Virus record (IMG/VR): IMGVR_UViG_3300028832_000097
Location: 106,978-170,977 of that record
Reading direction: 5' to 3' (one strand)
DNA from: a virus
Taxonomy: Duplodnaviria; Caudoviricetes
Length of the DNA stretch: 64,000 bases
The notes under the pieces are model-generated. The model was not told the origin of the DNA and did no database searches. It saw only the letters and a list, made by a program, of their open reading frames with translations. Within the stretch, counting starts at the first letter, position 1. Every line of letters starts with the position of its first letter. Positions 37,987 to 46,483 of this stretch are shown here, in pieces. Both the position numbers and the translations under genes were made by a program.

Positions 37987-39449
37987 ACAACAATCTTATT
38001 ATAATAATTTGACCAAGGCATCATCTGTTCTATTTTGTACGCAACTCTATATACATCTTCGTCAAAGTATCGTCTACCTACTACCTGAACGCCAATAGGA
38101 AGATTATTAGAACCAAGTCCTGCCGGAACTGATGCTGCAGGGTTGCCGGTCATATTCTGTAACCAGGTCTGGCAGAAGCCAATAAGTTGTTCTACACTTG
38201 CTCCCTCAATGTTTTCAGGTCCCTTAGTATCTTCCTCAGAATTAAGTACAGGCATACAGGATGTGACAGGTGAAATAATAATATCGTGATCTTTGAGCAC
38301 TGCAAGATTTGCATCAAGAATATCTGTCCTGATTTCATGGAACTTACGATAGTCGAGCATCGTAGATGCAAATGCTTTATTTGTCCATTCAATAAACTGA
38401 TCGGGTAAATCTTCTGCATGGTCTCCCATTAAATCAAACCCGGTAGTTTCTTTCATGATGTGCAAGTCTAATGCTCCATCAACACTAATGCTTCTGAGCC
38501 AAGCTTCAACCATTTCTTCAAGAGAATGCTTGAAAGTAAAATGTACAGGTTCAACAATAGCTCCAGCAGTTTCGAGCACTGTTGCAACTTTGTCTACAGC
38601 TGCTTTAATCTCAGGATCAACAAAAATAAACAAGTCATAGTCATATGTTAGCCCAATTCGCATTCCTTTTATACTTTCTACCTGGGTGTTGAAGAAATTC
38701 TTATGTGGAAGCGGTACAGAAATCGGATCCATTGGGTCGTATGCCATCATGTTTTCCATAATTATTGCTGAATCTGTAACAGTTCTTGCCGTTGGGCCGT
38801 CACAGCAATAAGGATGTGTAGCTGTCCAAGCATCAGGTCTGCATACGCTAGGTACTATTCCTGCGGAAGGTTTGAAACCAAATGTACTGCACCATGCGGA
38901 TGGCACGCGTGTACTTCCTCCAGCGTCGCCGCAGCTAGCCAGTGGGACCATTCGGCTTCCGACAGCCGAGCAACTTCCGCCAGAACTTCCACCAGAATTA
39001 TATGCAAGATTAAACGGATTATGTGTATTACCATACATCTTATTGTAGGTTGTTCCTCTAAAACCAAATGAAGGTGCATTTGTTTTGCCTATTGCAATGC
39101 AATCAAGTTTCCTTGCAGCTTGCCAAAAGGTGCAATCAGCATCATCTACAGTTATAAATGATTTTACTCCACCATGTGTAGCTGTCCATCCCTTCTTTGC
39201 AGGTAAGAAATCTTTAAGTGCAACAGGAACTCCGGCAAATAATCCTACAGATTCACCTTTCATAATCCTATCTTCTAATGCTTTTGCTTCTTCTAGTGCT
39301 TCGTCAATCTTTGTGTATGTAAACGCATTGAGTGATTTGTTTTTAGTTTCAATCAACTTCGCAAAGTAGTTTATCACCTCCACCGGAGAGATTTCTTTAC
39401 TCCTAACTAATTTACCTAATTCTAACGCTGAAAGTGTTTCTAGTTGCAT
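37983..39449 (-). CDS. Amidase-signature (GatA-like) enzyme
   Basis: GVPVALKD, GGSSGGS, DAGGSTRVPSA (Lys/Ser/Ser triad), GLxxxxLPIGVQ; start moved to ATG 39449 after GGAG. Confidence 0.9.
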   Translation of the reverse strand: MQLETLSALELGKLVRSKEISPVEVINYFAKLIETKNKSLNAFTYTKIDEALEEAKALEDRIMKGESVGLFAGVPVALKDFLPAKKGWTATHGGVKSFITVDDADCTFWQAARKLDCIAIGKTNAPSFGFRGTTYNKMYGNTHNPFNLAYNSGGSSGGSCSAVGSRMVPLASCGDAGGSTRVPSAWCSTFGFKPSAGIVPSVCRPDAWTATHPYCCDGPTARTVTDSAIIMENMMAYDPMDPISVPLPHKNFFNTQVESIKGMRIGLTYDYDLFIFVDPEIKAAVDKVATVLETAGAIVEPVHFTFKHSLEEMVEAWLRSISVDGALDLHIMKETTGFDLMGDHAEDLPDQFIEWTNKAFASTMLDYRKFHEIRTDILDANLAVLKDHDIIISPVTSCMPVLNSEEDTKGPENIEGASVEQLIGFCQTWLQNMTGNPAASVPAGLGSNNLPIGVQVVGRRYFDEDVYRVAYKIEQMMPWSNYYNKIVV

Positions 39450-39480
39450 TTGTGAGTTCTCCTTGCTACATATGAAAATT

Positions 39481-39858
39481 TTATTTGAATTCTCCACGTG
39501 ACTTAAGCGCATTAAACAAATCAAAATCGTCAAATGATCCGTCTGTATCCATGTAATGCTTAAGCAATAAATCATAATTTCTAGCTACATACTCAATACC
39601 TTCTTCAAATGAATCAATCTCGCTCTGCTTAAATTTAGATAACCAATTTTTAGGTGCGAGCACTACAGGATGATCAGAAATGCTTACAGAAATTGATGCA
39701 TCACCAATATCAAGTTTAACTCGAGGAAGTTTATCAGGCTTGTTTCGTAAGCAACCTTGGCCGTCGGACCAGATATTAACTCTAAGTCCTGTTCGTTTCT
39801 TATTTATGTTAGCCATCGCCATTATAGTATCATTGGTTGTTCTGATATATTTTTTCAT
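39481..39858 (-). CDS. Hypothetical protein with MKKYIR leader
   Basis: ORF, AGGAG RBS; core domain begins MANINKKRTGL. Confidence 0.7.
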   Translation of the reverse strand: MKKYIRTTNDTIMAMANINKKRTGLRVNIWSDGQGCLRNKPDKLPRVKLDIGDASISVSISDHPVVLAPKNWLSKFKQSEIDSFEEGIEYVARNYDLLLKHYMDTDGSFDDFDLFNALKSRGEFK

Positions 39859-39884
39859 TGTTACGTCTCCTTATGCAAAATATA

Positions 39885-40009
39885 AGCACCGCTGAATGTA
39901 TCCTCTGTCACAAGTAATACAATTGCAAGCGGTGCTATACTATTAGAAATTCCATGTTATGGAACACTAACCAACATTTATATCATTTGCAATCGTATTA
40001 CTTGTGACA
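39885..40009 (-). ncRNA. Putative sigma-A-driven pseudoknotted small RNA or leader
   Basis: 23-bp stem 40009-39987/39928-39906 (one G-U); loop AGCACCGC pairs with downstream GCGGTGCT; 5' end coincides with the predicted TSS. Confidence 0.6.
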
Positions 40010-40015
40010 CTTCTA

Positions 40016-40044
40016 ATTATAGACGTATGTTATAAGAATGTCAA
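40016..40044 (-). promoter_or_regulatory. Consensus sigma-A/sigma70 promoter
   Basis: TTGACA-17 bp-TATAAT exact match. Confidence 0.85.
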
Positions 40045-40063
40045 TGTAGTAGAAGTACAAGTA

Positions 40064-40798
40064 TTAACGATTCGCCTGACGATACTGTAGATAATGTTCA
40101 CCAACTCTATCCTTCTCCCAAGCTTTATTTGCATTGTAGCCGAATGGGCTGAATACTATTTCGCAGAGTAATTCAAATATCCCTGCGGTAATTGAGCAAG
40201 TTATAACCTGTGTCATACTCCACCCGAAGAATACATAACTTACTATTAGTGCGAATATCATGTTGTCTATGAATTGCCCAATGAACGTTGAGATGTATGA
40301 TCTTATTGCAAACGCTATGAAGTTATTGTTTTTGAGTTTCTTCCCGATTTTCTCGTTAAGTATTGAATTCACTATAGCGGAAACTAAGAATGCAGTTGCA
40401 CTGCCTAATACTACATACCAAGTTCCTCCGAAAGTTTCATGTAAAGCATCATTTGCTACTGTGTTTTGTGTTGTGTAGTATGCTCCCCAGTTTCCTGGAA
40501 GTTTCATTATTAGGAATAGTATTCCGGATATGAATAGATTGATTGCAAGTGCAAATATAGAGATTTCAATACTTGCTTTGGCTCCAAATCGCTTGGTAAT
40601 CATATCTTGTGCGAGAAAGCCCATCCATGATACTGAGAATCCGCAATCTAGTGCGAGCCATGAAACACCTAGATCTAATTCTTTATTTGCAAGAAGATTC
40701 ATAAGTATTACAGATACCACAAAGAATGTTAGTGCGGTTGCCGGGATATTTCTTAAGAGCACACGAAATTCTCTAAATTCACAGTCTAATTTTTCCAT
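40064..40798 (-). CDS. yhhQ: VUT/YhhQ-family queuosine-precursor transporter (paralog 1)
   Basis: NLLANK, DMITKRFG, LGSATAFLVS, RSYISTFIGQFIDN; multiple TM helices. Confidence 0.85.
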   Translation of the reverse strand: MEKLDCEFREFRVLLRNIPATALTFFVVSVILMNLLANKELDLGVSWLALDCGFSVSWMGFLAQDMITKRFGAKASIEISIFALAINLFISGILFLIMKLPGNWGAYYTTQNTVANDALHETFGGTWYVVLGSATAFLVSAIVNSILNEKIGKKLKNNNFIAFAIRSYISTFIGQFIDNMIFALIVSYVFFGWSMTQVITCSITAGIFELLCEIVFSPFGYNANKAWEKDRVGEHYLQYRQANR

Positions 40799-40871
40799 AT
40801 ATGTTATCTCGCCACACAATAATAGTGCAACTGTTGTAGCTGCACTATGTATAACGATTTTGTATCTTTAA

Positions 40872-41369
40872 TTAGAATTCGTCGCTCCAACCATGACCTA
40901 TATCCCAATGGATATCTTTCTCAAATTCTGTGCCTTTGGGAAGGTTGAATTCATCTAGAATGTACTGCCTAACATGAGGATAATCGTCTATCCAGTCACC
41001 TGTGAATACAATAAATCCCTTATTTTTGAATTCAAATACTCTTCCGCGAGGTACAAGTGTATGATCTCCTTGAAATCTTATATCTTTTCCTCTAAAGTAT
41101 TCTTTCTGCCATATGTTCTTATGAAGGTGCTTATCTGTTCTAATATCGGTATTCCATTGATTTGAATGATACCAATTGAGATCTGTAGCTACTGTACTTT
41201 TGATCCCAAATAATTCGTCTGCTTCGGGATCATACCAAAACATTGCAACTTCTGGATCATCTTTATATTTATCGTTTTCAAACATCACATCCATAGCCGA
41301 AGATGCTTCGGATGTTCGAGCAGATCTTTCTTGTGCTGCTTCTTCAGGAGATTTGATGTATCGTTTCAT
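40872..41369 (-). CDS. Hypothetical protein with MKRYIKS leader
   Basis: ORF track. Confidence 0.7.
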   Translation of the reverse strand: MKRYIKSPEEAAQERSARTSEASSAMDVMFENDKYKDDPEVAMFWYDPEADELFGIKSTVATDLNWYHSNQWNTDIRTDKHLHKNIWQKEYFRGKDIRFQGDHTLVPRGRVFEFKNKGFIVFTGDWIDDYPHVRQYILDEFNLPKGTEFEKDIHWDIGHGWSDEF

Positions 41370-41436
41370 GATAATAGATCCTACTTAGCTCAATTACATA
41401 TGCTATAACGATCATATCAAGATAAACACTACTCAA

Positions 41437-41709
41437 TCAATACCACATTTCTCGGAGTTTATCATACACATATTCTTTGAACTCTTGAGTATCAACTTTA
41501 TCCTGGTATTCCGGCCACTCTTCTGGTTGTATTTCGTTGATTACATCATAGACGTGTTCCCACGCGATGTCATATATATCTTCTTCAGAACAATCGTACC
41601 TATAATTCTCTATGGTGCAACGTAGTTCATCTGCGATAAGCAAATCAAGGCGCGGTGATTCAATTCGTGATGCAGTCATAACTGGTACTTTTCTAAATTG
41701 TCTTTTCAT
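41437..41709 (-). CDS. Hypothetical acidic protein with basic leader MKRQFRKVPVMTAS
   Basis: ORF track. Confidence 0.65.
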   Translation of the reverse strand: MKRQFRKVPVMTASRIESPRLDLLIADELRCTIENYRYDCSEEDIYDIAWEHVYDVINEIQPEEWPEYQDKVDTQEFKEYVYDKLREMWY

Positions 41710-41724
41710 AATACAAAAATCCTT

Positions 41725-42045
41725 TCACATCAAATTATTCTCTTTCAGTATATTTATAATATCTGGAGTAACATCAATCAATTGATTATCTGTGTAGACT
41801 CCTAAGAAATCTGCAGGAAATTTACTCCCAGTACCAATGATATGATATATTACATCATATCCATTATCATCTAGCACTTCTGCAAATTCAGGTTTTACTT
41901 TATGGATACCATATACTGTATATTCTTTTTCATATCCAGGAATTAATTCTTTTTCTACTGTGCTATCTTCATAATCAAAGAATCCTGGAAAGATTTCATC
42001 TTCCGCGTCATCATAGTATTTTTCAATTATTTCCCATGCGTCCAT
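41725..42045 (-). CDS. Hypothetical acidic protein
   Basis: ORF track, AGGAG RBS. Confidence 0.65.
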   Translation of the reverse strand: MDAWEIIEKYYDDAEDEIFPGFFDYEDSTVEKELIPGYEKEYTVYGIHKVKPEFAEVLDDNGYDVIYHIIGTGSKFPADFLGVYTDNQLIDVTPDIINILKENNLM

Positions 42046-42046
42046 A

Positions 42047-42352
42047 TTATATGCTCCTTGAATCTATTTCAGACATTAGATTATCAATGAATTCTTCAGT
42101 GTCAATTGTCATCGCATCTTCTTCAGTAGCTACTTCTACAATGTAGATGCTATCAAGAAATTTGAATTTGCGCTCGTTAGTTTCAAATGGGCTTTCAAAT
42201 ATCTCTTGTGCTTGTTCGCAGGCGATTTTATTAGCAGCCCTTTGGCTATTGGCACCACCTAATAGACAATCTTTACCATCAGGGCTTATCCAATGTACTT
42301 GATACGTAGTTTTCCAAGGAGTAACTCCAGAAGATCTAATGTAGCGTTTCAT
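42047..42352 (-). CDS. Hypothetical protein with MKRYIRSS leader
   Basis: ORF; AACCTT at 42390-42395. Confidence 0.7.
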   Translation of the reverse strand: MKRYIRSSGVTPWKTTYQVHWISPDGKDCLLGGANSQRAANKIACEQAQEIFESPFETNERKFKFLDSIYIVEVATEEDAMTIDTEEFIDNLMSEIDSRSI

Positions 42353-42389
42353 ATTATCACCTTTTCGAAATAATCTTATGTAAGTATTA

Positions 42390-42395
42390 AAGGTT
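42390..42395 (-). promoter_or_regulatory. Phage promoter motif class 2 ([A/C]ACCTT), probably late
   Basis: Recurs intergenically at 1445, 1945, 2203, 25225, 34706, 35657, 45432, 52834 and 55573 (minus) and 35705 (plus), including upstream of structural genes. Confidence 0.65.
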
Positions 42396-42405
42396 CAATA
42401 TCACA

Positions 42406-42678
42406 TTATTCTTCCGATTCATACGTAAACACAATGGATTCTACAGCTGCACGTTTCTGCGTCAATTCTGCAATCTCTTCATCAATTTCTTTGAGCATTT
42501 GAGCTTTCGCTTTTTCTACATACTTAGATACTCTACTCTTAGGGCAATAATACACTATTGCATTTTCACCCTCTTTGCAACCATACAGCATTTGAATAGC
42601 ATAATCAGGGCTGATATCCTTAACTGTATACTTTCCGGTTTCAAAAACCCAAAGCTCAACCATATCTTGTTTACTCAT
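42406..42678 (-). CDS. Hypothetical protein
   Basis: ORF track. Confidence 0.6.
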   Translation of the reverse strand: MSKQDMVELWVFETGKYTVKDISPDYAIQMLYGCKEGENAIVYYCPKSRVSKYVEKAKAQMLKEIDEEIAELTQKRAAVESIVFTYESEE

Positions 42679-42692
42679 ATAATCACCCCCAT

Positions 42693-43346
42693 TTATTCAG
42701 GAAAAGCAAGTTTGACCATATCTTCTGCATAAACATAAATATCAGTCTGCCCGTCAGCACCTTTAGTAACTCTTTGATGAAGATGATACTTAACACCTCG
42801 TCTTGTACGACCATACGGTTTAAGCTCTCTTGGTTCGTACTTACAATCATGCAAGTCGCTAGAACGAGATAGTCCATGAACACGCTGTATTTTAATGTTT
42901 CGGGACACACTGCGAATCTTACCAGATTTGCTTACTTGATATAGGTGTTCATAGCCCTTAATAGGCAACGGTCGCCATTCTTCTATATCAGGATTATCAT
43001 CAATGTATGTATAAGGTGCCCATTCTAAATTATCTGCTTTGTTATCGAACGGACATTTGTTTTTATGTACAACACATTCAAAATTATTAGGATTAGGTAT
43101 CCAACTTTCTGCAACTAATTGAGCAACTTTATATGTAGCTGTTTTACCATCTCGAGACAATGGTATGTATGCTACATTAGCTTGTACAAATGATTTACGA
43201 ATTCTCTCGGAAAGTTTTCGAGTGTGCAATTCACCTCGCTGAGTGTATTCAATAAGCTGCTCAGAACGCTTGATTCTGCCTAAGTTACTTACTTCGTAAC
43301 TACCTTCATAACCTTTTACCGGGCGCCATTCTTCTTTCTGTTTCAT
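42693..43346 (-). CDS. NUMOD4/HNH endonuclease-like protein
   Basis: EEWRPVKGYEGSYEVSNLGRIK; HKNxxPFDNKADNLEW; second NUMOD4. Confidence 0.85.
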   Translation of the reverse strand: MKQKEEWRPVKGYEGSYEVSNLGRIKRSEQLIEYTQRGELHTRKLSERIRKSFVQANVAYIPLSRDGKTATYKVAQLVAESWIPNPNNFECVVHKNKCPFDNKADNLEWAPYTYIDDNPDIEEWRPLPIKGYEHLYQVSKSGKIRSVSRNIKIQRVHGLSRSSDLHDCKYEPRELKPYGRTRRGVKYHLHQRVTKGADGQTDIYVYAEDMVKLAFPE

Positions 43347-43394
43347 AATACAACCTCCGTGTGATTGATATACTTAAATAACGATCATAAAAAT

Positions 43395-43421
43395 AAGTAG
43401 CACCATAATCAGGTGCTACTT
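43395..43421 (-). terminator. Intrinsic terminator after yhhQ paralog 2
   Basis: AAGTAGCACC/GGTGCTACTT stem followed by ATTTTT on the minus strand. Confidence 0.75.
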
Positions 43422-43448
43422 AACTAGTTGTTTGATACTCAACGTAAA

Positions 43449-44210
43449 TTAAGTGTTGATGCTATACTTTGTAAGATAGTCACAACCTACATTGTCTCTC
43501 TTCCAATTCTTGGACATTTTGTAGCCAATAGGGCTAAATACAGCTTCAATACCAAGTTCAAGAAGCATCATCATAAATGAGCAAACTAATACCTGCTTGA
43601 TGGACCAACCGAAGAAGATGTAAGATACAAATAGTGCAAATACAATATTGTCTACAAACTGCCCAGCTGCTGTAGACAAGAAGCTTCTAATTGCAAATCC
43701 ACCAAAGTTGTCCTTCTTATCAACAGCCTTGCCAATGAACTTGTTTACGATAGAGTTTACAAGTCCTCCAAGATACATTGCGGCTGCAGAGCCAAGTACT
43801 ATGAACCAAGAAGACGAGAATGTTGCGTCTACGCTTGCATTGATTGCATCTGCTACTGCAGGATCTGTTGCGGAATAACTAGCTGCCCATACGCCGGGAA
43901 TCTTGCAGATAAGCATATATGCAAGTCCTGCAAGTAAATTAGCTACCATTGCTACAGTATTTAAGATAGTAGCAGCCCTGGCACCAAATCTTTTACAAAC
44001 TGCATCCATACATAGGAAACTAACCCAACTTACAAAAATACCTGCAGTACTTGCAAGCCATGGAAGGTTAAAGATGGATTTGTTTGCGAGAAGATTCATT
44101 GACACAACAGACAAAATAAAGAATGCAGTTACTAGACCTGGAATTGCGCGCATTGTGTCTTTTACTTCTGTGACCAAAGAAGGCTTGGTCATGGTTTGTT
44201 CTGAACTCAT
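43449..44210 (-). CDS. yhhQ: VUT/YhhQ-family queuosine-precursor transporter (paralog 2)
   Basis: NLLANK, DAVCKRFG, LGSAAA, RSFLSTAAGQFVDN. Confidence 0.85.
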   Translation of the reverse strand: MSSEQTMTKPSLVTEVKDTMRAIPGLVTAFFILSVVSMNLLANKSIFNLPWLASTAGIFVSWVSFLCMDAVCKRFGARAATILNTVAMVANLLAGLAYMLICKIPGVWAASYSATDPAVADAINASVDATFSSSWFIVLGSAAAMYLGGLVNSIVNKFIGKAVDKKDNFGGFAIRSFLSTAAGQFVDNIVFALFVSYIFFGWSIKQVLVCSFMMMLLELGIEAVFSPIGYKMSKNWKRDNVGCDYLTKYSINT

Positions 44211-44218
44211 AATAAAGT

Positions 44219-44280
44219 TCCTCCTGTTATTTTTATTTTATAACGCCGAGGCTGTCAAGGAAATACAAAACTCGGCGGTT
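44219..44280 (-). promoter_or_regulatory. preQ1-I-like riboswitch candidate
   Basis: P1 CGCCGAG/CTCGGCG; loop starts with U, ends with C and contains anti-SD TTTCCT; A-rich tail then AGGAGG; lies between the promoter motif and yhhQ. Confidence 0.45.
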
Positions 44281-44306
44281 ATATTTTATATTATAACGAT
44301 TTTAAG

Positions 44307-45221
44307 TCATTTGGACTCAAAATAATGTGAGAAAATATAAGTTCTTCCCCACCTACCTAACCCATTGATATAACTATCAAAGGTTATACCGAATATATTA
44401 TCTAATGAATAAAATTCTGATTCCAATAGTTTAATATCTCTGAAATTATCACTAAATATGTCAACATACATGGATTCGTAAGTATCTCCATATTCATCTA
44501 CTTCTGTTTCTATGTATGCATCATTTATTGACAGACCGTAATTTTGAATGAGACGAAGTATGTACTGCTCCTCCCTATCAGTTATTGCAGCGGTATGTTG
44601 AGGAGAATTGAAATCTAAAGAGCCAAATATAGATTTATGGTTTTCAGATTCTAAATATGAAATTATCTGCATGAATTCATCAAACGACAGTGCAGATTCA
44701 CAACTAGAATTGTTATAGTAATCACTAATGTAGGATTCAGAATATTGCTTGCGTTTATCACCTTTAAGCTGGTGAAATTTAGGATCTGAAATTAAATTAA
44801 GATAACATTCTTCTACATATTCAATTTGTTCAGCGCTAAATTTATTTACAACTACATTAAAATCATTGAATTTTTGCTTAGTTGTATATTTAGGTGCAGA
44901 AACTCTATTCAAATTTTTATGATCTGTGATATTAAATAATTTTAAATCAAGGTCAATATCTTGACCATCGACTGTGTAAAGAAGTATTATATCACCTGTT
45001 TTTCTACCATCAAGGTGAATATGTTCAATTTTCTTTGTGTTCTTAAGCGGACGTGCATATTCTTTCTCATACATGTCAACCCCTAGAATAATCTCGTCAA
45101 TGATTCTAAATAGTTTAGCTACTTCTGAAGATAGATTATCATGTTTGAGTTGTGCTAAACCATCGCAAAATTGAGAGGTGCATGTTATATTGTATCTAGT
45201 ATAATCAATAGAATTACTCAA
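44307..45221 (-). CDS. Protein with N-terminal RelE/YafQ-like domain and long C-terminal extension
   Basis: TSQF..L..L...PLK...EHIHL...GDIILLY...LFNITDH matches the RelE/YafQ fold pattern. Confidence 0.55.
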   Translation of the reverse strand: MSNSIDYTRYNITCTSQFCDGLAQLKHDNLSSEVAKLFRIIDEIILGVDMYEKEYARPLKNTKKIEHIHLDGRKTGDIILLYTVDGQDIDLDLKLFNITDHKNLNRVSAPKYTTKQKFNDFNVVVNKFSAEQIEYVEECYLNLISDPKFHQLKGDKRKQYSESYISDYYNNSSCESALSFDEFMQIISYLESENHKSIFGSLDFNSPQHTAAITDREEQYILRLIQNYGLSINDAYIETEVDEYGDTYESMYVDIFSDNFRDIKLLESEFYSLDNIFGITFDSYINGLGRWGRTYIFSHYFESK

Positions 45222-45384
45222 AATCGCGCATCTCCTTAAGTATATTCATGAATTCATCTGCAGGGATAGTTTTATTAGGCACATCTCCAAACCTATCGTG
45301 CCATCTCTGGAAAAAATCAGATTTAGCTCGAGGTTCTTGTGAAATGTATCTATCTTTATTATTGATCTCAATCCGTCTTTTCAT
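45214..45384 (-). CDS. 56-aa putative antitoxin-like peptide
   Basis: Not in track. MKRRIEINNK...PADEFMNILKEMRDFE; its stop overlaps the TTG start of the RelE-like gene; AACCTT upstream. Confidence 0.55.
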   Translation of the reverse strand: MKRRIEINNKDRYISQEPRAKSDFFQRWHDRFGDVPNKTIPADEFMNILKEMRDFE

Positions 45385-45435
45385 ATTATCTGCTTCCTAA
45401 CATATTGTTGTATTCAGCTATGGATTCATACAAGG

Positions 45436-46386
45436 TTATACCTGTACCGACCTCATAGCCTGGATCTGCTTAAACATTGCATCTACAAGCGGATGACCTA
45501 CAATGATCTGGCTCCATCGTGTTTCCTTGTAATTTTCTGTTGTACGAACAGGAATTGAATGATCTGCGTAATCCGTTATTGCCATCATTGCACCAAAAGC
45601 AGTACCGCGATACTTAAGAATATCAGGTGCTATCATACAAGCGAATACGTCGGATTTCAACTGTGCTGCTCGAGACTTCTTGAGGTCTGAATCATCTTCC
45701 TTTACAGGATAGAGAATATCAAGAATAGACTCTACAGCTTCATCTGAAAGCTTCATATCTGCAAGAATTTCAGCTTCCTGCTTGAGCGCTTCTGTATATT
45801 CTGAAATCATCCCAAGAGTATATCTTGCTTCATTGAGCTTTGACTGCATGTCGCCTACATGACGAGTTGACCAAGAACGTTTAGCTGTATTAAGTGCAAG
45901 ATTAAGTGTATTGTTGCAAACAACCCTTACAGGAGTCATGCAAACTCTGATTGAACCTTGGCCATCATGTCTGTTGTTGAAGCAGACATACGGTTCAAGG
46001 TCGTCATCGAGAATCTTGTCTTTAGGCATCTTACCGAGAAGCCATATATTCTTACCGCCTTCGAGCGATCCTGCAGATTCGTATGTAAGTCCCTCATCAA
46101 GCAAACTGTCTACAAACTGGAATGCATCTCTATTCTGAACGATGGTGTATCTGTTAGTTACTACTCCAAGTACCTTGTTATCTGTGCTACGAGTGTTAGC
46201 GAAGTAATTAGGTACTGGAATTGTCTGATTATTCTGCTGAATGAATACAGGTTTTGCTTCTACATCCCAATTAAGTCCGGCTTCCTGAATTGCAACTTCG
46301 GCTGTAGGTGCATTCTCAAGCACCTTTCCAATACCGTGCCAAGCGGGCTCTCTTACTACAAAACAATTTTCAACTAATGCGGGCAT
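45436..46386 (-). CDS. DUF932 family protein (paralog 2)
   Basis: REPAWHGIG, AGLNWDV, YTIVQNRDAF, TPVRVVCNNTL. Confidence 0.9.
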   Translation of the reverse strand: MPALVENCFVVREPAWHGIGKVLENAPTAEVAIQEAGLNWDVEAKPVFIQQNNQTIPVPNYFANTRSTDNKVLGVVTNRYTIVQNRDAFQFVDSLLDEGLTYESAGSLEGGKNIWLLGKMPKDKILDDDLEPYVCFNNRHDGQGSIRVCMTPVRVVCNNTLNLALNTAKRSWSTRHVGDMQSKLNEARYTLGMISEYTEALKQEAEILADMKLSDEAVESILDILYPVKEDDSDLKKSRAAQLKSDVFACMIAPDILKYRGTAFGAMMAITDYADHSIPVRTTENYKETRWSQIIVGHPLVDAMFKQIQAMRSVQV

Positions 46387-46483
46387 TTTTTAAATCCTCC
46401 TTGATTGTGTATTGATAGGTTGAATTATATCTACAGTTACTATAACGATTCATAAAAATTTAATCAAGGAAGAATAATATCAA

